A DNA stretch of 64,000 nucleotides, from NCBI GenBank assembly GCA_012295275.1, contig CM022665.1, positions 2,542,001-2,606,000 of the forward strand, in the 5' to 3' direction. Position 1 is the first letter of the stretch, and each line of letters starts with the position of its first letter. A model generated the notes under the pieces. It was not told the DNA's origin. It was given only the letters and a program-made list of their open reading frames with translations, and ran no database searches. This DNA is from Chrysomallon squamiferum. Its lineage: Eukaryota; Animalia; Mollusca. A program made the translations under genes and the position numbers. Positions 1 to 21,600 of the stretch are shown here, in pieces.

Positions 1-466
1 TATTCTCCATGCAACAACTGTTTTTGTTCATCATTAAACTGGAAAAATGTAGCAAAACAGAAAGAGTGGGTTTCAGTGGTTTGAGGACTTGCAATTTCTT
101 GCTTAACCATTTTCTGATTAACTGTTGTTAACTGCAACCATTCTGTACAGATCAGTATGCTAATTAGCATATTTTAGCTAGTTCACAAATGAAAATTGTA
201 TCTTTTTATTACTATTGTTAGAAAGTGTGACAAATTTTGTAGCTACAACAAAATAAACAATTTGTCACACAGGATTACTCAAATTGTAGGTTTTCTAATA
301 CATAATGTACAGACAGTTACTTTAAAATAATTTGCTTAATAAAATATGCAATTGCTTGAAAGAACAGGCCACATTGGTACACCTAGATCATGTAAATAGA
401 TGTGCATTTAAACAGTTCATAAAAATTACATTTAATTTTTTTAATTTTTTTTTCTCCATTATATAG

Positions 467-6446
<5,980 letters not shown>

Positions 6447-9400
6447 TTCTTGTTGTAAAGAATGCATTCAGTAAATGAAATAATTTAAATATATCAGCTT
6501 TGTTGGGACTGTTTTATCATGTTGCACATATCTGTTACATATATAATTGTCTTTTGTAAAAGAAAAACTCTGACTGACTAGATGTTTTTAAGAAACGGTT
6601 GCAAAGTGAGTAGAATTCTATGTCACAGAAGTGTGTTTTAATATTCAATACTCAGTCTGTGTTTCTGATAAACTGTTCACATGTGGAAGGGTAACATTTT
6701 ACTTAATAACATCTTACTTAACTTTATTATTGGTATTTTAAAACACTTGCATTTATATCTAAATATTTCATCTTTGAGGTGAAATAACACAGTTTAAAAA
6801 GATATTCTTTTTACTATATAGATTTAGTGTCTTTTCAATTAATATAAAATCATGTACAGTATTGTTATACTGATAAATCTGGAATACTGTTTTGTTTTTA
6901 TTAGTAATCAACTATGCTTTGAGTGATATTTCATCAGCATGTATATAAACAACATATTCAGATGCATAAGGTTATTAATTAAAATTAAATTTGTTTTATT
7001 TATTATAAATTACATGAGCATTGAACCCCAAATTCTGATCAGGCACAAAATTATTATATTGAAGGTTGTTAAAGTATTAGAAAATGGAAAAAAAAAAAAA
7101 AGGTAAAAAGTATTATACAGATCAATATACTATTTTTTTTTTTTTCAGTCTTGCAATAACTTATAATAGGCTGATCAGTCATAAACCTGAATATACTCAG
7201 TTGTATATCTTCCACATGACATCATGTTATCACTAGATTCATATAATTATATCAAATTGTATTTTCAGATGAAGATACAAATAAATCCAATGCTTTATTT
7301 TATTTGTTTGTTGTTTTTAAATTTAATTTATAGTGTTCTGAACCAGCAAATATGAACTAATACATCATACTATTTATATATATTTATATAAATAAGATTT
7401 TGTGCACACATTAAGATACTGATATTATTGTAGTTACTGTTAGAGATTATATTATAAACACAAAATGCAGATTACTTGGAAATAAGCTAAATGTTTTTCA
7501 CCACGGGACAAGTTGTCACTGCTAAAACGAAGTGCTAGTATTGTTGAACAAACACCAAAATATTTTAGGTTATCTCACACGTCTGTAGAATTCCTTCATT
7601 TTGTTAATGTGAGAAGTAAATTTAGCATTTTATTATTATTTTGTATGTATTCTTCTTAATATGAATGTTCTTTGCTATTTTAATTTAATATGGTTTATAT
7701 GTAACCAAGTGAACAGATTTCATTTTCAGTGTAATCATACTCATGTAAATAAATAAATGTGCTTTAAACCCAGTGTATATCCAGCTTCTAAAACAAAATT
7801 AATTTAATACAATACAATAGACTATACATGTCTCTCTCTACACCATTTTTCTTTTAAAGTTGCATTTGTTCTGATTAATACAATAATTCAAGAAACAAAG
7901 AAGTTTACATTACATACAATTTAGTGTTTTATTTGTTATAAAATAATTCAAGGTAGAACTATCTACAACTCTCAGTATTTGCATCATCAGATGTAGAGAA
8001 AAATAAAGATGTGTGTTTTTGTAATACCGTGATGCTGAAATCTCAATTAGGGTGATGAAAACTCAAATAAAAATCTCTCAAGAGATTTTTTTTTTTTTTG
8101 TGTTTTTATGAAAACCCTAAATTCATGATGAAATAATTAAACTGTATTTTCAGTTACAAATTAATAAATTCTGTAAGTTGATAATTTTGTCAGTCACACC
8201 TAAATCTGGTTTAGACAGTCCACAATTTGTAAAATACAACTTTATTAAAAGTTGTGGATTTTGTTAAATTTTTATATGAAGAAATTGCTTTATATACTCC
8301 ATAATTTTTTTTCTAAATGAAAAATCAGCTTTATGCATCATATATATATATATATATATATATTAGTATTAAAAATATATATTAGCTTTTACAATACTTT
8401 AACTTGCCATTAATTCCCTTATATCTAGAGCTGATCTGCAATATCTTTTCTTTTAACCTTTAAAAACAAAATTATAAGGCATTAGTATATTTCTGTGCAA
8501 TTCTTTTGTGGAGGACATATTTTGAAAATGTATGTTATTCCCCTTTTTATTCAACTTGTTCAGCAGTTTTTTAATGTGTATAAACATAAATAAAAAAAGT
8601 GGCAAATAAAAATATATACCTCTATATTATTCAGTTAATATCCTTTTGTTTTTGTTTTTCCTTATAAAAAAAACTATTTGAAAAACAAAATGTGTGCATG
8701 TGAAAAATAATTTTTTATTATTATTTTCTAAGTTGATTTTAATTTCAGTGCAACAGTAACAGTTTCTTCTATTCTTCTGATTGTTTGATGTTTTATTTTC
8801 CAAAGACAGGAACAAATTTAACTGCAATCTGGGCCAGTCTAAAATGCATGCAGAATTTTGGTTGAGACTGTGAAATTCATACAACAGGAAATTTAATTTC
8901 ACCGAGTTGTGAACTCAAATTTTTCTTCCAAAAATGCATGCATGTATGATCATCTCTATACATTCTGTAATTATTCGATAACAAAATGTTTCCCATGCAC
9001 TGGCATATTTAGTGAATTAATTCAGATTGTTTTTCTTTATGTATTTTACAGACACTGAAAATAAACTTACATTTTATTTGCTTTCTGTATTCATGAATAG
9101 AAGAATCGTATCCCTGGATACCATTTGTTTACATATGAACAGTTTTAACTTGGATGTTGTTTACCTGGTGAATTCAGTTAATGTATTCAAGTTATTAACT
9201 GTTTTTATGATCAGTTTTACTTACAGCATAGGGGGAAACTGTTTCAGTTAGAAAATAAATTTAAAAAAAAATAAAATAAAAAAAATAACACATTATTAAT
9301 GGAAATATATCGGAGGTGTGAGAGAACCACTTATTGCTAGTTTAAAATTCACCTCACATTGGAAAGAATTCTACTTAATATGTGCTGTGTTTAAATTAAA

Positions 9401-10727
9401 TTAAAAGTATATATCAAAATGTGAAATTTAGATACATTTATTCAACTTTTGTACAATACATATGAAATAAATGACAGTAAGAAAATGTTTGTATTCATCG
9501 TGAAATAGAATGCTCTTAAATAAGATTCATATCCTTGATTTTTAATTATCAGGATCATAATAAGTATCTGCAACATCAAAACAAGGATACATTTTATGAA
9601 AATAATGCTTGTATTAATATAAGCTGGATACCAAAATTGTAAAGTTTTATTAAAAATTCAAGGTTAAAATTCTGTATTTCACTGTAAATTATTCATCAGA
9701 TATCAGACAAAGTTTTGTCAATATGACAAGTACTTGTCTGTAATAAATTTAAAAAAACAAACAACTGTTTTATAAAACAATCTGATAAAGATCAATGATC
9801 ATCCTTTGAGTAAATCTGTCTTGGAATTTGTAATCTTTATGATTTTTTAAAATTAGCATGCCAGAGCATATCAAAATAAAACTCAAGTTTGAATGGTCAA
9901 GAGTTGTCTGAACAAAATAACAGTAATTCTTGTGATGATTATAAATAATAATGTTTATTTGTACAGTAATAATTGATTTATCCATGGGATAAATAACTAA
10001 AACTAAAAAAAAAAAAAAAAAAAAAAAAAATTTATTTCTTTGTGTTATTTTTAATCAAAACATTAAAATATTAATAATAAAAAACCTAAAGAGCCCAAAA
10101 AAACAAACGAACAAAACAATATAAAATAATTAAATAAATAAAATTTTAAAAACATTTTTTTTAATTCTTTTTTTTTTTAAATAATCTAACCAACAAATCA
10201 ACTAAATACTAGTAAATAAACTATTGATGATTCAAGCTAAATAATTTTTGTTTTGTTTTTTGTTTTTCAGGTGTCAAATGTGCAGATGAATTCTCAAGTT
10301 GTGAATATTTATTTTAAAAGGATATACTATTTGGTCATTCCTACAACAGAGTACTTGAGACATAAATGATGTAACAATGTGAATATTGCTAAGTGAGATC
10401 TCTTTACACTTTATATAACCTTCAAATTAATAATAATAATACAGTCAAACCTCTTTATAAATGCCAGCATGGTGTTCAACTGATTGTGGTGCTTTAACAA
10501 GTTCTGCGGTTTGGTGAGATTGTGAATTACTAATGCACTAAATCTCAACAGTGGCCCAAAAATACTCCAGTGCTTATTCTTTGAGTAACAAAGTATACCA
10601 CGTTGCACATCTATTTATTTTGATTATTCAATAAGCTGGTAAATATTAATTAACAAATTTAAGAAAGAAAAAAGCTAATCATTCAGTCACTGACACTGGC
10701 TGAAGTTTTGTCATTTACTTTTTCTCA

Positions 10728-10875
10728 AATTACATGACAGATGTTTTAAACTGTACAAAGAATTACATGACAGATGTCTGTTTTAAAGTCGAACAAAGAA
10801 GTGCATGTCAGATGTCTGCTATAAAATCATACAAAGAATTACATGACAGATATCTGTTTTTGAAGTCATACAAAA
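10728..10875. repeat. Minisatellite, 4 imperfect copies of a ~38-bp unit
   Basis: Units start at 10728, 10761, 10799 and 10837; consensus AATTACATGACAGATGTCTGTTTTAAAGTCATACAAAG. Confidence 0.85.
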
Positions 10876-12637
10876 CACAAGTAAAGAAAGATGTTCAGAT
10901 TAATTATAAGGCCATGTAACAATTTTATTCACAAAGTTACTGGAATACAAATGCAATATCTTAAAGTTTCAAAATGCTAAAACTGTTGTAATGAATAAAA
11001 ACTTGATTTTGAATTATGTGATGGTTCTTGAATGACATGTCGCTGTGACAAAGTGGACATGAATTTGTACCATCACACATCCAGTCTATGTACAAGTACT
11101 AACTGCAACAATCTGATAATATCAAAAATACCAACTCAAAAGCATTGTTAGTAGAGCCATTCCAAAGTTGATTTTCTCAGAAGTTTTTGAAAATCACAAC
11201 AAAGAAAAAATTCATTTTCATTCACAAAATACAATGCAAAAATAAAACTGTGTTGACGATTTATACAGATTTGATGATCAGAGACCAGATCAACTGATGG
11301 TGGTTTATCAGGTAATTTTACAATGAGTTTGAATCGGATAGTATTGCCCAAAGTGTTGGCTGATAGTGGATAATGAGGAATGATAAAAAAAAGAAAAAAA
11401 AAGAGGAAAATATATGTTTATTTAAATACAGTGCTCAAGCATTCTAAGGGTGACAAAGCTTGGATGGCACTATATCATGGGGCATTATAAAGAGATGTGA
11501 CTGATAGAATAATATTATAACACAAATATATAATTACACCTGATGACCATATAGTTGTACGTAAAATGAAAATACTGTTTACTTCACAACCATTTACAGT
11601 ATATCATGCAGAATAAGACAAGTGAAAATACGTTTAATTTAAAAAATGTACTAAGACATGACTTACTGACAAATTACTAGAAAAAAAAAGGTTATTACTT
11701 TTTTTTTATTTAACAAAAACACACAGAAAATATATGTTTATGTCTAAATTAGATTATTACATAGTTCTGAATTTCATCATTTCATTAAATAAATGGTTGA
11801 AAGTCACAAACATTACTTGGCAATATTCAAAGAAAGAAAAACTGTTACAATTTCAAAGACAAAATTACAACAAAACATGTCTATACCGTTCTTTATCAAC
11901 ACACATCATGGATTCATTAGAGTGTCACATCTTTCCAGTTTGTAACACAAAATATATATGTAGTTTGCAGCGCGGATCTGAGAATTTTTTTAATTTTGTT
12001 TTTATAAACTATCGGAAGAAATTATTTCCTTTCATTTTTTAAAAGTGGCTTATGAAAATGAAAAAAACCCCAACACATTCACAATGTGGTGTGTTCACAA
12101 GTTATCTCTGTAAAAGTTATCTCTGTATAGTTTCATTAAAACAAAAACATATAAAACAGTATTTCAGATTTAAAAACACATCCACTCTGATCATAACAAT
12201 ATCTACATTTTTAAAAAACAATGATAGGAAAGTCTCATTCAGTATTTTAAAAACGGTATGAATTTCTACAAAATCATTTCATTGATCATACTTCACGTTA
12301 AACATTTAAAATGGTCAGTTTTTAGTTGTTTTTTTTCCCCATTCACATCTGAAAAGTTGTATTATCAGTTTTCTTGATACAAATAGAGAAATGCTTGTTA
12401 CATTTATTTCACAACATCAAAACTTATAATTCAATATTCCACACACAGGTAACTATTCCAAAATTGAGGCACATGATACATTATCAAAAAAATTTATGAA
12501 TCATTTATCCTTGTATGTATACAAAAAACAAAAAAAAACAACGAAAAATTTTAAAAATGAGAAATCATTCTCACTCTGAGAACTTATTCATTCTTTTGAC
12601 ATTCTGGATAATCAAATGCATGAACTGCATTAAGCTG

Positions 12638-15600
12638 TCACTGTTTTGGAATTAAACCCAAGAGCATTTCAATGTGTTTGGTGACGACATCGATTCTGCT
12701 GGGACGCTCCCAAGTAACATTCGCCACCCCGCTGAGGACTGACGAACTGGTGCCAGGGTCACTCTGCTGACTGGTTGAAGCTACGGGAGACTTCACCCGT
12801 GTCATCTGCACCTCACACTCCTCATCATTCTTATCACTTTCAGACCCCACGATGTCTTTGTTCACAGCCTCCTCACTGTGACTAATTCGTCTTCTTTTTG
12901 ACGGAACCTCTTCTGAAATAAACCAAAAAAAAAAAAAAAAACGTATTCAGTACTGTTCACACTGCATTGGTATTTTCAATGAATAAAAAATAGAATAATT
13001 CAGTGAAAATAAGACAACTCAAAAGAGTGTATTTAACAAAAAAACCCACCAAAAAACCCTTTATGCTGGACATTGTTACTGATTAAAAAACCAACTTTTG
13101 TAACAAACCTGTTTCTTCTCTTGTGGACTGCTGGGCTCTGGTCTTCTCTTTTATTGCAACAAACTGCACACTCTCCTCTGTACACACATGTACATCTGAA
13201 TCTTCATTCTCCTCCTCACACTCTTCTTTCACCAACTCATCACTTGTCTCCACCTCATCTGTCTGTGACAGAGTCTCTTGTTCCTCCTCTTGTCCAGTCA
13301 CTGTGCTTTCTGTTGACTCCATCTGTTTCTGCTGGTGTGAGCGACACATACTGAGTATGAGTTCCAAGCTCTCTGTGAGCAGAGGACTCACTTGTTTTGG
13401 TGTCTGCACTGAGAAAATGATCAGCATAGCTCGCAAATCCTGAAAAGCACGAACAACTTTCAAAACTCCTGAGCAAAATATTGGACCATTATCAGGTTAT
13501 GTTAAAACTGCATTTAATTTAATTATGATATTTATGATTATAGGTGATATATTTAATTAGATACATATATATTCTTCTGCAAAATCTAATTAAAATTACA
13601 TCATGTATCGTGACATTTTCACCTAAGTAAGCACCTAAATAATGATTCTCCTAGTAGTTTATACTGAATTATGATTATGACAGTGCTACTAATCTTTCAC
13701 AAGGCTGGAATAAAAGAAAATAATTTTTTTTTCTCTCAAATAAATCATTTCTGGTTAAGTAAACATGTGAAAATAATGAATTATTGTTCTAACCCCAGTC
13801 AGTCTTCTGCAAATATCCAAGAGTTCTCTGTCTGATTTTACATTTTCAAATGCTGCCTTTTCAGCTGTAACAGATGCCACAAGACTGTCAAGCAGTGTGT
13901 TACCCAAAACAGACCTGCTTTGATCATGAAGTATTTGTTGATATACCTGAAATAAATAAATATACAGGTGATGATATATTCTCAAATCTTACACCTAATT
14001 CACTAAATGTTTAGTTTTATACACAAACAAGTGTAATTATTTTAACGGTTTTCTAAACTATCCAACAGACTAGTTAGGATGCAGTATCAAGCATATATTT
14101 CTTTCATAAGCTTTATGAAAACTGTAAATTTTATGAAATAATGATCACAACAGAAAGACCTCCCCTGCTTCACATAACAAGCAATTCACATCTACTAACA
14201 CCAGTGAAAACAGACTAAGTGTTAATCTAGGTTAAACTGAAACTTTTGGCTGCTACACTCTATCAGTTCAGTGACAAATTCTGAATTAAAACTGAACAGA
14301 ATTGCACAGGCAAATCTTTAACACATTATGTTTTATATTCAAATGACTGAGTGAGTGTACTTTTGCAGCCTATTCTGAATTCCTATTTGTGCCTAGCTCT
14401 GTAAGCATTTGTTTAGGGAGGATAGGCAGGGTTTAATTATTCAGATCATGGTAATGGCATAATCCAGGGGATAAATATCAAAATCATTGTACTCAAATCA
14501 TAATGGTTGACATGTGAATAAAGAATAAAGGCACTGGTTAGTGTCATTAACATAATTATCATAAAAGAAAATGAATTACCTTAGGGAAGAAGTTGCAGAA
14601 GAACTGGTATATGACAATGTTGTTGAGTGACATGCGCTCATCCAGCAGCACAGCATCAATGTAGTCAATAAAAGATGAACTGTTGCAGAGAGCTTGCACA
14701 TAACCCTTGTCAGCCTGCTAAAAACAAACACTTGTGTTTAAAAAAACTAAAAATCTGACCATTCTCACCTTCCAAGGAAAGAAACAAATGAAAAAATTAT
14801 AGAGGTGTATTTCAAACAGCTAGACACAACTTAAGTATACAACAAATAATAAAAAATGTATAAATCTCTGTTGAAATCCCATAATTACAGGTGTGTAAAC
14901 TGGTAATCAGCTTTTGTCACAAAGTTTGTGAGCAAATGCTTGTTTTCTACTCTGATCTGTCCCTGTCGTACTGACTGGAATCTGGAATTGTTTTGTTTGT
15001 CTAATCAACTTAAACCAAAATAAACCATTGAATAAATGATCTTGTTTTTGTTAGATTTATGGCAGATATTTGCATTTTAAATTCAAATGGTTTTAAAAAA
15101 TTTGGAAAACATAAACAAAAATTGAAATAATAATATGCACACATTAATTTTGATGAGAGAAAAGATTACTTATTTCTGTTCTGTTCATAAATTTATGAAC
15201 TGGTTTCGAGAAAACTGATATGTACACAGGAAAAAAGTTAATCTGTTTGTAATTAATGTATTAATAATTATAATAGAAAATAATTTAGTATGTTTTTGAA
15301 CTCATTTAACTAGTCTTGGGGTGAGCATCTATTTCAAACTGCTTACCAGTTACCCAGAAAATATTATAAATGAAATCAATTTTTAATTTGTCAGTAAGGT
15401 AACACAATAGACAAACACCTGCAAATATACACAACCAGTCTACCAAGATTAATTTACTAAAACAGGCACAAAACCATATGCATACTGACCCCAGAATGAT
15501 AAATTTCTGTCCACAGCTTGGCAAAGTAAGGCAAATGAAGTGGAACTCCTTCATAAGCAACCATCGCACCTGCAAAGAAACCAAATAGAAACAATGTTTT

Positions 15601-18600
15601 ATTTCTTTTTTGTTTCCTTTTATTCTTTCTTATAAACAGGTCTACATTTAGATGTTTAAGTTAACATGTCATTAAATTATAAAGACAAAAAACTTACTTA
15701 GATTTATCAGTCCTTCACTTGTGTTCTGTTGATTGACGGAGACTCGAACCATAGTGTCCATGAGTAAATGGTAAGGAAGAATATAATCTGACAAAGCCTG
15801 GTCATATGCTTCATCAACACCCTGAAACAATACCACAGTCATGTTTTCAATAATCAACCAGTAAATAAAGTTCCAACAAATTCAAAGAAAACAAGCCATA
15901 CAATACTAACATTCCTTTATACTGAGGATGTGGTTAACTTATGAAAATAACAAAAAGACTCATCTACTAAAATGTGATTTTGTTAAACTTACTTTTGCCA
16001 CCTCTATCTGACTGCTAAGCAGAAACATCTGAAACTGAGGTCTTGGTGGTCTGATGTTTGACTTTGAGCCAATGGATTTTTGTCCACGTCTTGGAAAGTA
16101 GGGACCCAATGCAACTACAATGAGATTGACGCACACAAACATCAACTATAAGCAGTGGTAGAAACAGTCTAGATATTCACTCAGTAAAACAAATTTTGGA
16201 ATCAAAACCTGCCGTTGGTTTTCATGCATCAGGATAAACTGTTAATGGAGAGCAATTAGTCTAAGCAGTAATTAAAATCAAAACTAATGTTGAGACTTTA
16301 ATCTTGTTTCTGTCAATTACATAAACTACAATTTTAGGCAGGATATTGAGTTTTAAAACAGTAACATATTACATGACAGGTGACTTGCAGGTCCAATTAT
16401 TATTTACTGCTGAACATATCTAACCTGTTTTTTAACCTCAGAGAATGCTGACTTATAAAAATCTAGATTTTTACACACATACTATGTAGCTGCACCTTTA
16501 TAGTAAAATAAAAAAACATCTCTGATTATGTTAACTAACCAGGAATATTGCTGTCTTGTATGGAGGCATGAGCTTGCGTCAGAATTGGTACCATAACACT
16601 GATGCATTCACCTTGAAAAATGAGAACCATCTGCTTCAGGACCTCTGAAACATAAAAAAAAAAAAAGGATTATGTGAGAATGTTTTTTTTTTTAATCTGT
16701 TTGATTCATATAATTTGGTATTTCTGTTAATCAGAAGTGAGATTTTCAGAATTTCGTACTATAAACTAGTTTCTCAAAATCATCAATGAAGTAAAGAACT
16801 GTTGTGATTAAATGGCCTAACTTCATTAAGCTAAAAAACAGTAATAATAGCAATTTTTCTTCTTCTCTGAAGATTCCCATCACATTCGCATTTGAAACAG
16901 AAATTAAACAAATTCAGTATATTTAATAAAATCCGTAATTTCAAATTTAGACAAAATAATTAATTCAATGGCATAAATAAATTTAAAAAAAAGCACTCAC
17001 CAAAACAAATAGTTCTGACTTCAGGAGGAGTGTACGAATTGAGCAAAGTCAGCAGTTTCTTAACTACGTCATACCTTTCCTTCCAGCTGAACAGACAGGC
17101 TTTAACATCAGCAAAGCCTTGAGCTAAAAATTACACAGTCTCATTTTACAATGTTCATTAGTGATTATTTTAGCTAATATCATCTGATTACAAAGATCAT
17201 TCATACTTTGGAAGCAGTTAAATTTATGTATGACTATTAATAGGTCATTTAGTATATCTAAAATAACAAATACATAGCTGTATATTCAAAGTATTTTGTG
17301 TAATTTGGTTATTTCTTTATGATATTTAAATATTTTGCAGAATATTAAAAATCTGCTAACGAAACATTTCTGTTGCAAAGTTATTTACTACACTTTACTG
17401 TTTTTTACAAAACAAGAAACTGATATTTAGTAAACTATAAATAAAAACAAACCTTTCTTCTCATGGCATTCTTTACCAGTCTCCAAAACATGCAGCAAAA
17501 TGGTGAGCAAATCAACAATGTCTCCTGTCACATGACAGGCAGTAGCCTCATGATACATCACATGAAGAGTGTAGAAAGCCTGAGATACAAACACACACAC
17601 ATGTATAACTGATGGGTCAGAATTTGTTTAAGCAGTGTTAAATATTTATTTCAGATGAATTTGTGGATGAATAAGTAAAATAAACACTGTAATAGGTTCT
17701 GATGGAATATAAATTTGGAATAAAACAAATATAAGACAGCATTTTCCATCTTACCTTTAGTATTACACTTTGAATTTATTTTATATTTTATATATTAAAT
17801 ATGAAATTCCAAAAAGTATCATATACTGCTCAAATTATTTGAAAAGCCAGCAGGATTATTTTTCAAATACATTTTCATTAATGTTTCCCTGATCTGTAAC
17901 TAATGGATATTAACATAACTTGAAATTCTATTAGTGGATATATAATTGTATGTTATATAACAAGACTAATCTTTTATTTTATTTTACCTCTGTTATTTTC
18001 TGCAGTCCTGAATGATAGATGAGAATCACCCTCTCTTCCCTTGTTTCAACCAAGATCTTGAAAGCACTGAAAATGTTCAGTTATTAAATTAAAACAAATC
18101 ACAATTTTAATATCTACTGCTTCGCTTATTCTCATATCCAAAAAAAAAAAAAAAAATAAAAAATAAAAAAAATATTTTGTCTCAAACTTGTTAACATTTT
18201 CTCAAAATTCAAATTTTTTGCAACCAACTCAAATATCCCTGAACGTTTCCCATGACCACTGGCAGTCATGAATAACAATAAAAATAGACTAGTACTGAAG
18301 TAAAGATTACCTGATGAGAGTCTGCCATGTAGATCTGCCGTCCAACAGCTGCAGGTACATCATGATGTTACTTCTACAAAAACTGCTCACTGCCTTCAGT
18401 TCCTCCTCTGTGCTGTCTGGGTAGCGTGTTGCCATCAGACTCATTATCTTAAACAGTTCTTCTACAGCCTGTTCATAATTCATTTTTAAAACACCTTTAA
18501 TGTTTGGTTAACTCTTTTACAGAAAACAGGCTAGCTAACAGAATAAATATAAAGAAGAAAGAAGAGGTAGCATGCTATACAATATGAGCAAGCACTGGGA

Positions 18601-21600
18601 AAAAACACCATACATTTTTTTTTTTTAAATTAAAGAAAGAAGAAAACAAAACAGGACATATGAAACTGCATAAAAGGATTATTTATTTTATATCTGCAGT
18701 GAAAGACATTTATGTGCTTAAATAAAATATTGTTCAATGATTTTATTTTAATCTGTTGTCCTATAGTAATTTTGTTTAAAACATTCCAATCCATGACATA
18801 CTTCAATCAAAAATATTTGTTTTCTTTTTTTTTATATCACTGGTAATGTATTTTTATTAACTGACTGTCCTGAAGTTTTGTTTTAATCTGTTGACCAGTG
18901 CTAATCTTTAGAAAATTTACTCCTATCTATTACAATTATAAACAATTTTTCTCTTTTTCACATCACTGAAAATGCTAACTGAAGGCAGGTATACTTACCA
19001 CAGTATACTGAGTTGGGTAAGGAGTGATGTTTTTGAAAGCCCACTGAATGTTCTGATGTTGGGCTAACTGACGAGTGAATGAACGAGATTGCTGACAACA
19101 CATTCTCAGTAGTCCGTAGTACGCAGGCAGCATAACACGATTGAACATAACAACATCCTGGTCATCATGATCTGCACTGTAAAACACAGCAAACACAACT
19201 TATTAACTGTTTGAGTCACATACAGTTTAATGTATTAGTTTGAATACATGGTAATTTCTAGTACCTGCAGGTTATTTTTCTTTATGACTGATAATTTTTA
19301 CAAAATTTTCATTATTTTATAGGCTTTCTTTCCAATACGAAATAATAATACTAATTTTCAATTTTAAAAAGTTACTCCATTTTTTATATATTGTAATAAT
19401 TACACAGTTATATTTTGCAGAATTTACCAAAATATGCCACAATTTATATATATATATATATATATAAACTATCATGTAGTTTTAATTTCTTTAATTTATA
19501 ACTGAAACAGAAAATGACTTCTTCAGTATTTTTGTATACTTACAGAATGTAACTGAATGCAATGTTTTTACAAACATGAGGATTTGTAACAATGAGTTTA
19601 ACATTCTCAGGGCAGTCCAAACAAACTTGATGCCAAAACAACAGCAATGTCTATAAAAAAATATAAAAAGTTTTGAAAAAACTTCCCTAAAACATTTTTA
19701 AAAAACTGTGCAACATAGGAACATTTTTGTGCATTTATATACTGTCTTTACTTTCTGAATAAACAACCTATTTTTTCATGTGATACTAAAAACAGAAAAG
19801 AAAAAGGAACATATTAAAAAGAAAACCAAATGTTTACTAGCTAATTTGCAATGGTAAACCATGGTTTGAAAATTTAATACTAATACAAAAAACAGAAATA
19901 TGCACACATTTGCACATCTGCCTAGTATTCAGAAAGTTTTATGTTTTGTATACTATGTACATTTTTTCTAAATTAAAAAATAATGACTATATAACTGACC
20001 TGTTTGTTGTGATGCATTGAGATTTGTGGTTCTGACAGTTTAGGCTGAAACAGTTGCCACAAATCGAGGAAGTACTCTCCAAACTGTAACAAATCACAAT
20101 GTGCTATTACTGTCATACACATTATCATAGCATGTAATTAAATACAACTGTCTATTAACATTAAATACACATAAAATTTAAAAACAATTAAAAAATTGGA
20201 GTTTTTCCTTCTAAAAAAGAATAAAACCATTCTGATTCATAGCATTTTCAAAATATTTATTATTTCTTTTTACGCAAATTAGAAAATAATGATTTACCAT
20301 TAGTTTTTCTGTTCTGGATACTAGACAGAAGTTCATCACAGCAAAGTAACACATGAGCTTAGTGGTTCCATGAACTGCTGGATCTGTAAAAAAAAATCAG
20401 ATATATTATTACATCACAAGCATTAACAACTACTCTGTCCAGTTTTGAAAGTTGTGTACTATTGTTATTTCAGTGTTAAGGCTACGGTTACACACACAAT
20501 ACATTCTTTGCTGGTTGTTTAAACGTTTTTTTTCTGGTTTCCCAAAAACGTTTGGAAATGTATTTTTGACAAGATATGTGAAATTTCTTGCATAACCTCC
20601 TTAACTGTATGTTGTATGCCTAGGTTGATTCCTATATGCTGATGTACGTGAAGTTCAGAATCCATCACATTTCTGTCTTACAACAATTATATTTTATTTT
20701 TTAACAATAAAGAAATATAAAAATTGTCATAAATTTTAAAAAGGAATTGGTGTGGAGGACATTAATTATCTGCAGTTCACCAATATTAGTTTTAACAATC
20801 TTTATAAGAATACTGTGACAATCTGTAACCATTCACTCACCAACATATAATCTTGCCCTTGACAGAAGACTCAGAAGATGTTCATAGACCTGAAATAAAA
20901 TAAACAAATGCTAGAAATCATAAGAATAAGAAAAAAAAGGAAAGAAAAACCAAGGTACTATTTCTAAATCTGAGGTACAAGTTCTAAGTTATGTAGACAA
21001 TTTAGTTTAATTACCTGATGAAGAACCATAAGAGCTTCTGTTGACATCTGAAATAAACAGAAAAGATAAATAATTTTAACAGGCTTTTTATATCAGTTTT
21101 TTTCAGTTTTTTATGCCATTCAAATGTTCATAATGTATGTTTTTTTGTGATATGTACTGCATAATATGTCACACTCATTTGCATACACAAGGATGTTTAA
21201 AAAGTAACTGTGATGAAGTAGCCACTATAATTAAAAAAATAATAATAAAATTTAAAAAAATGTTAAGCTGTGTGTATAATTAAGTGATAACATGTTAGAA
21301 ATCTAAGTTTAGATGCTATCACTGACCGGTAACTCTTTGTGTGGACTAAGCATGCTGCGAGCTGATCTGAATGACTGACGGAAATGATTGCTTGGAACAA
21401 GTGACACCAACAAATAAGCAGCAGCTGAAAAACACAACAATTCATGTATTTAGTACCTTCATTTATTACATTTTCTGATATCAGACAAAAGATAACAAAT
21501 GTCCTGGGAATATATTAAGAGATAAATGAGTATTCAAACTCCATGATAAAAATGTTTTTTGTAATTATTATTATTATTATTAAAAAGATATAAAAAAAAA

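Noticed and set aside
10728-10875. CRISPR-like appearance of the palindromic 38-bp repeats
   Set aside because: The units are directly adjacent with no unique spacers, there are no cas genes, and the context is eukaryotic.
8627-12261. Several 60-100 aa ORFs in the intergenic / UTR region
   Set aside because: AT-biased composition, no recognisable motifs and no coherent exon structure.
12584-12640. USP34 stop TGA-C with a possible 17-codon readthrough extension
   Set aside because: The context is TGA CAG, not the strong TGA CTAG motif, and the extension has no recognisable signal.
13073-13476. Overlapping ORFs in several frames over the penultimate USP34 exon
   Set aside because: Shadow ORFs of a Glu/Ser-rich low-complexity exon; no independent evidence.
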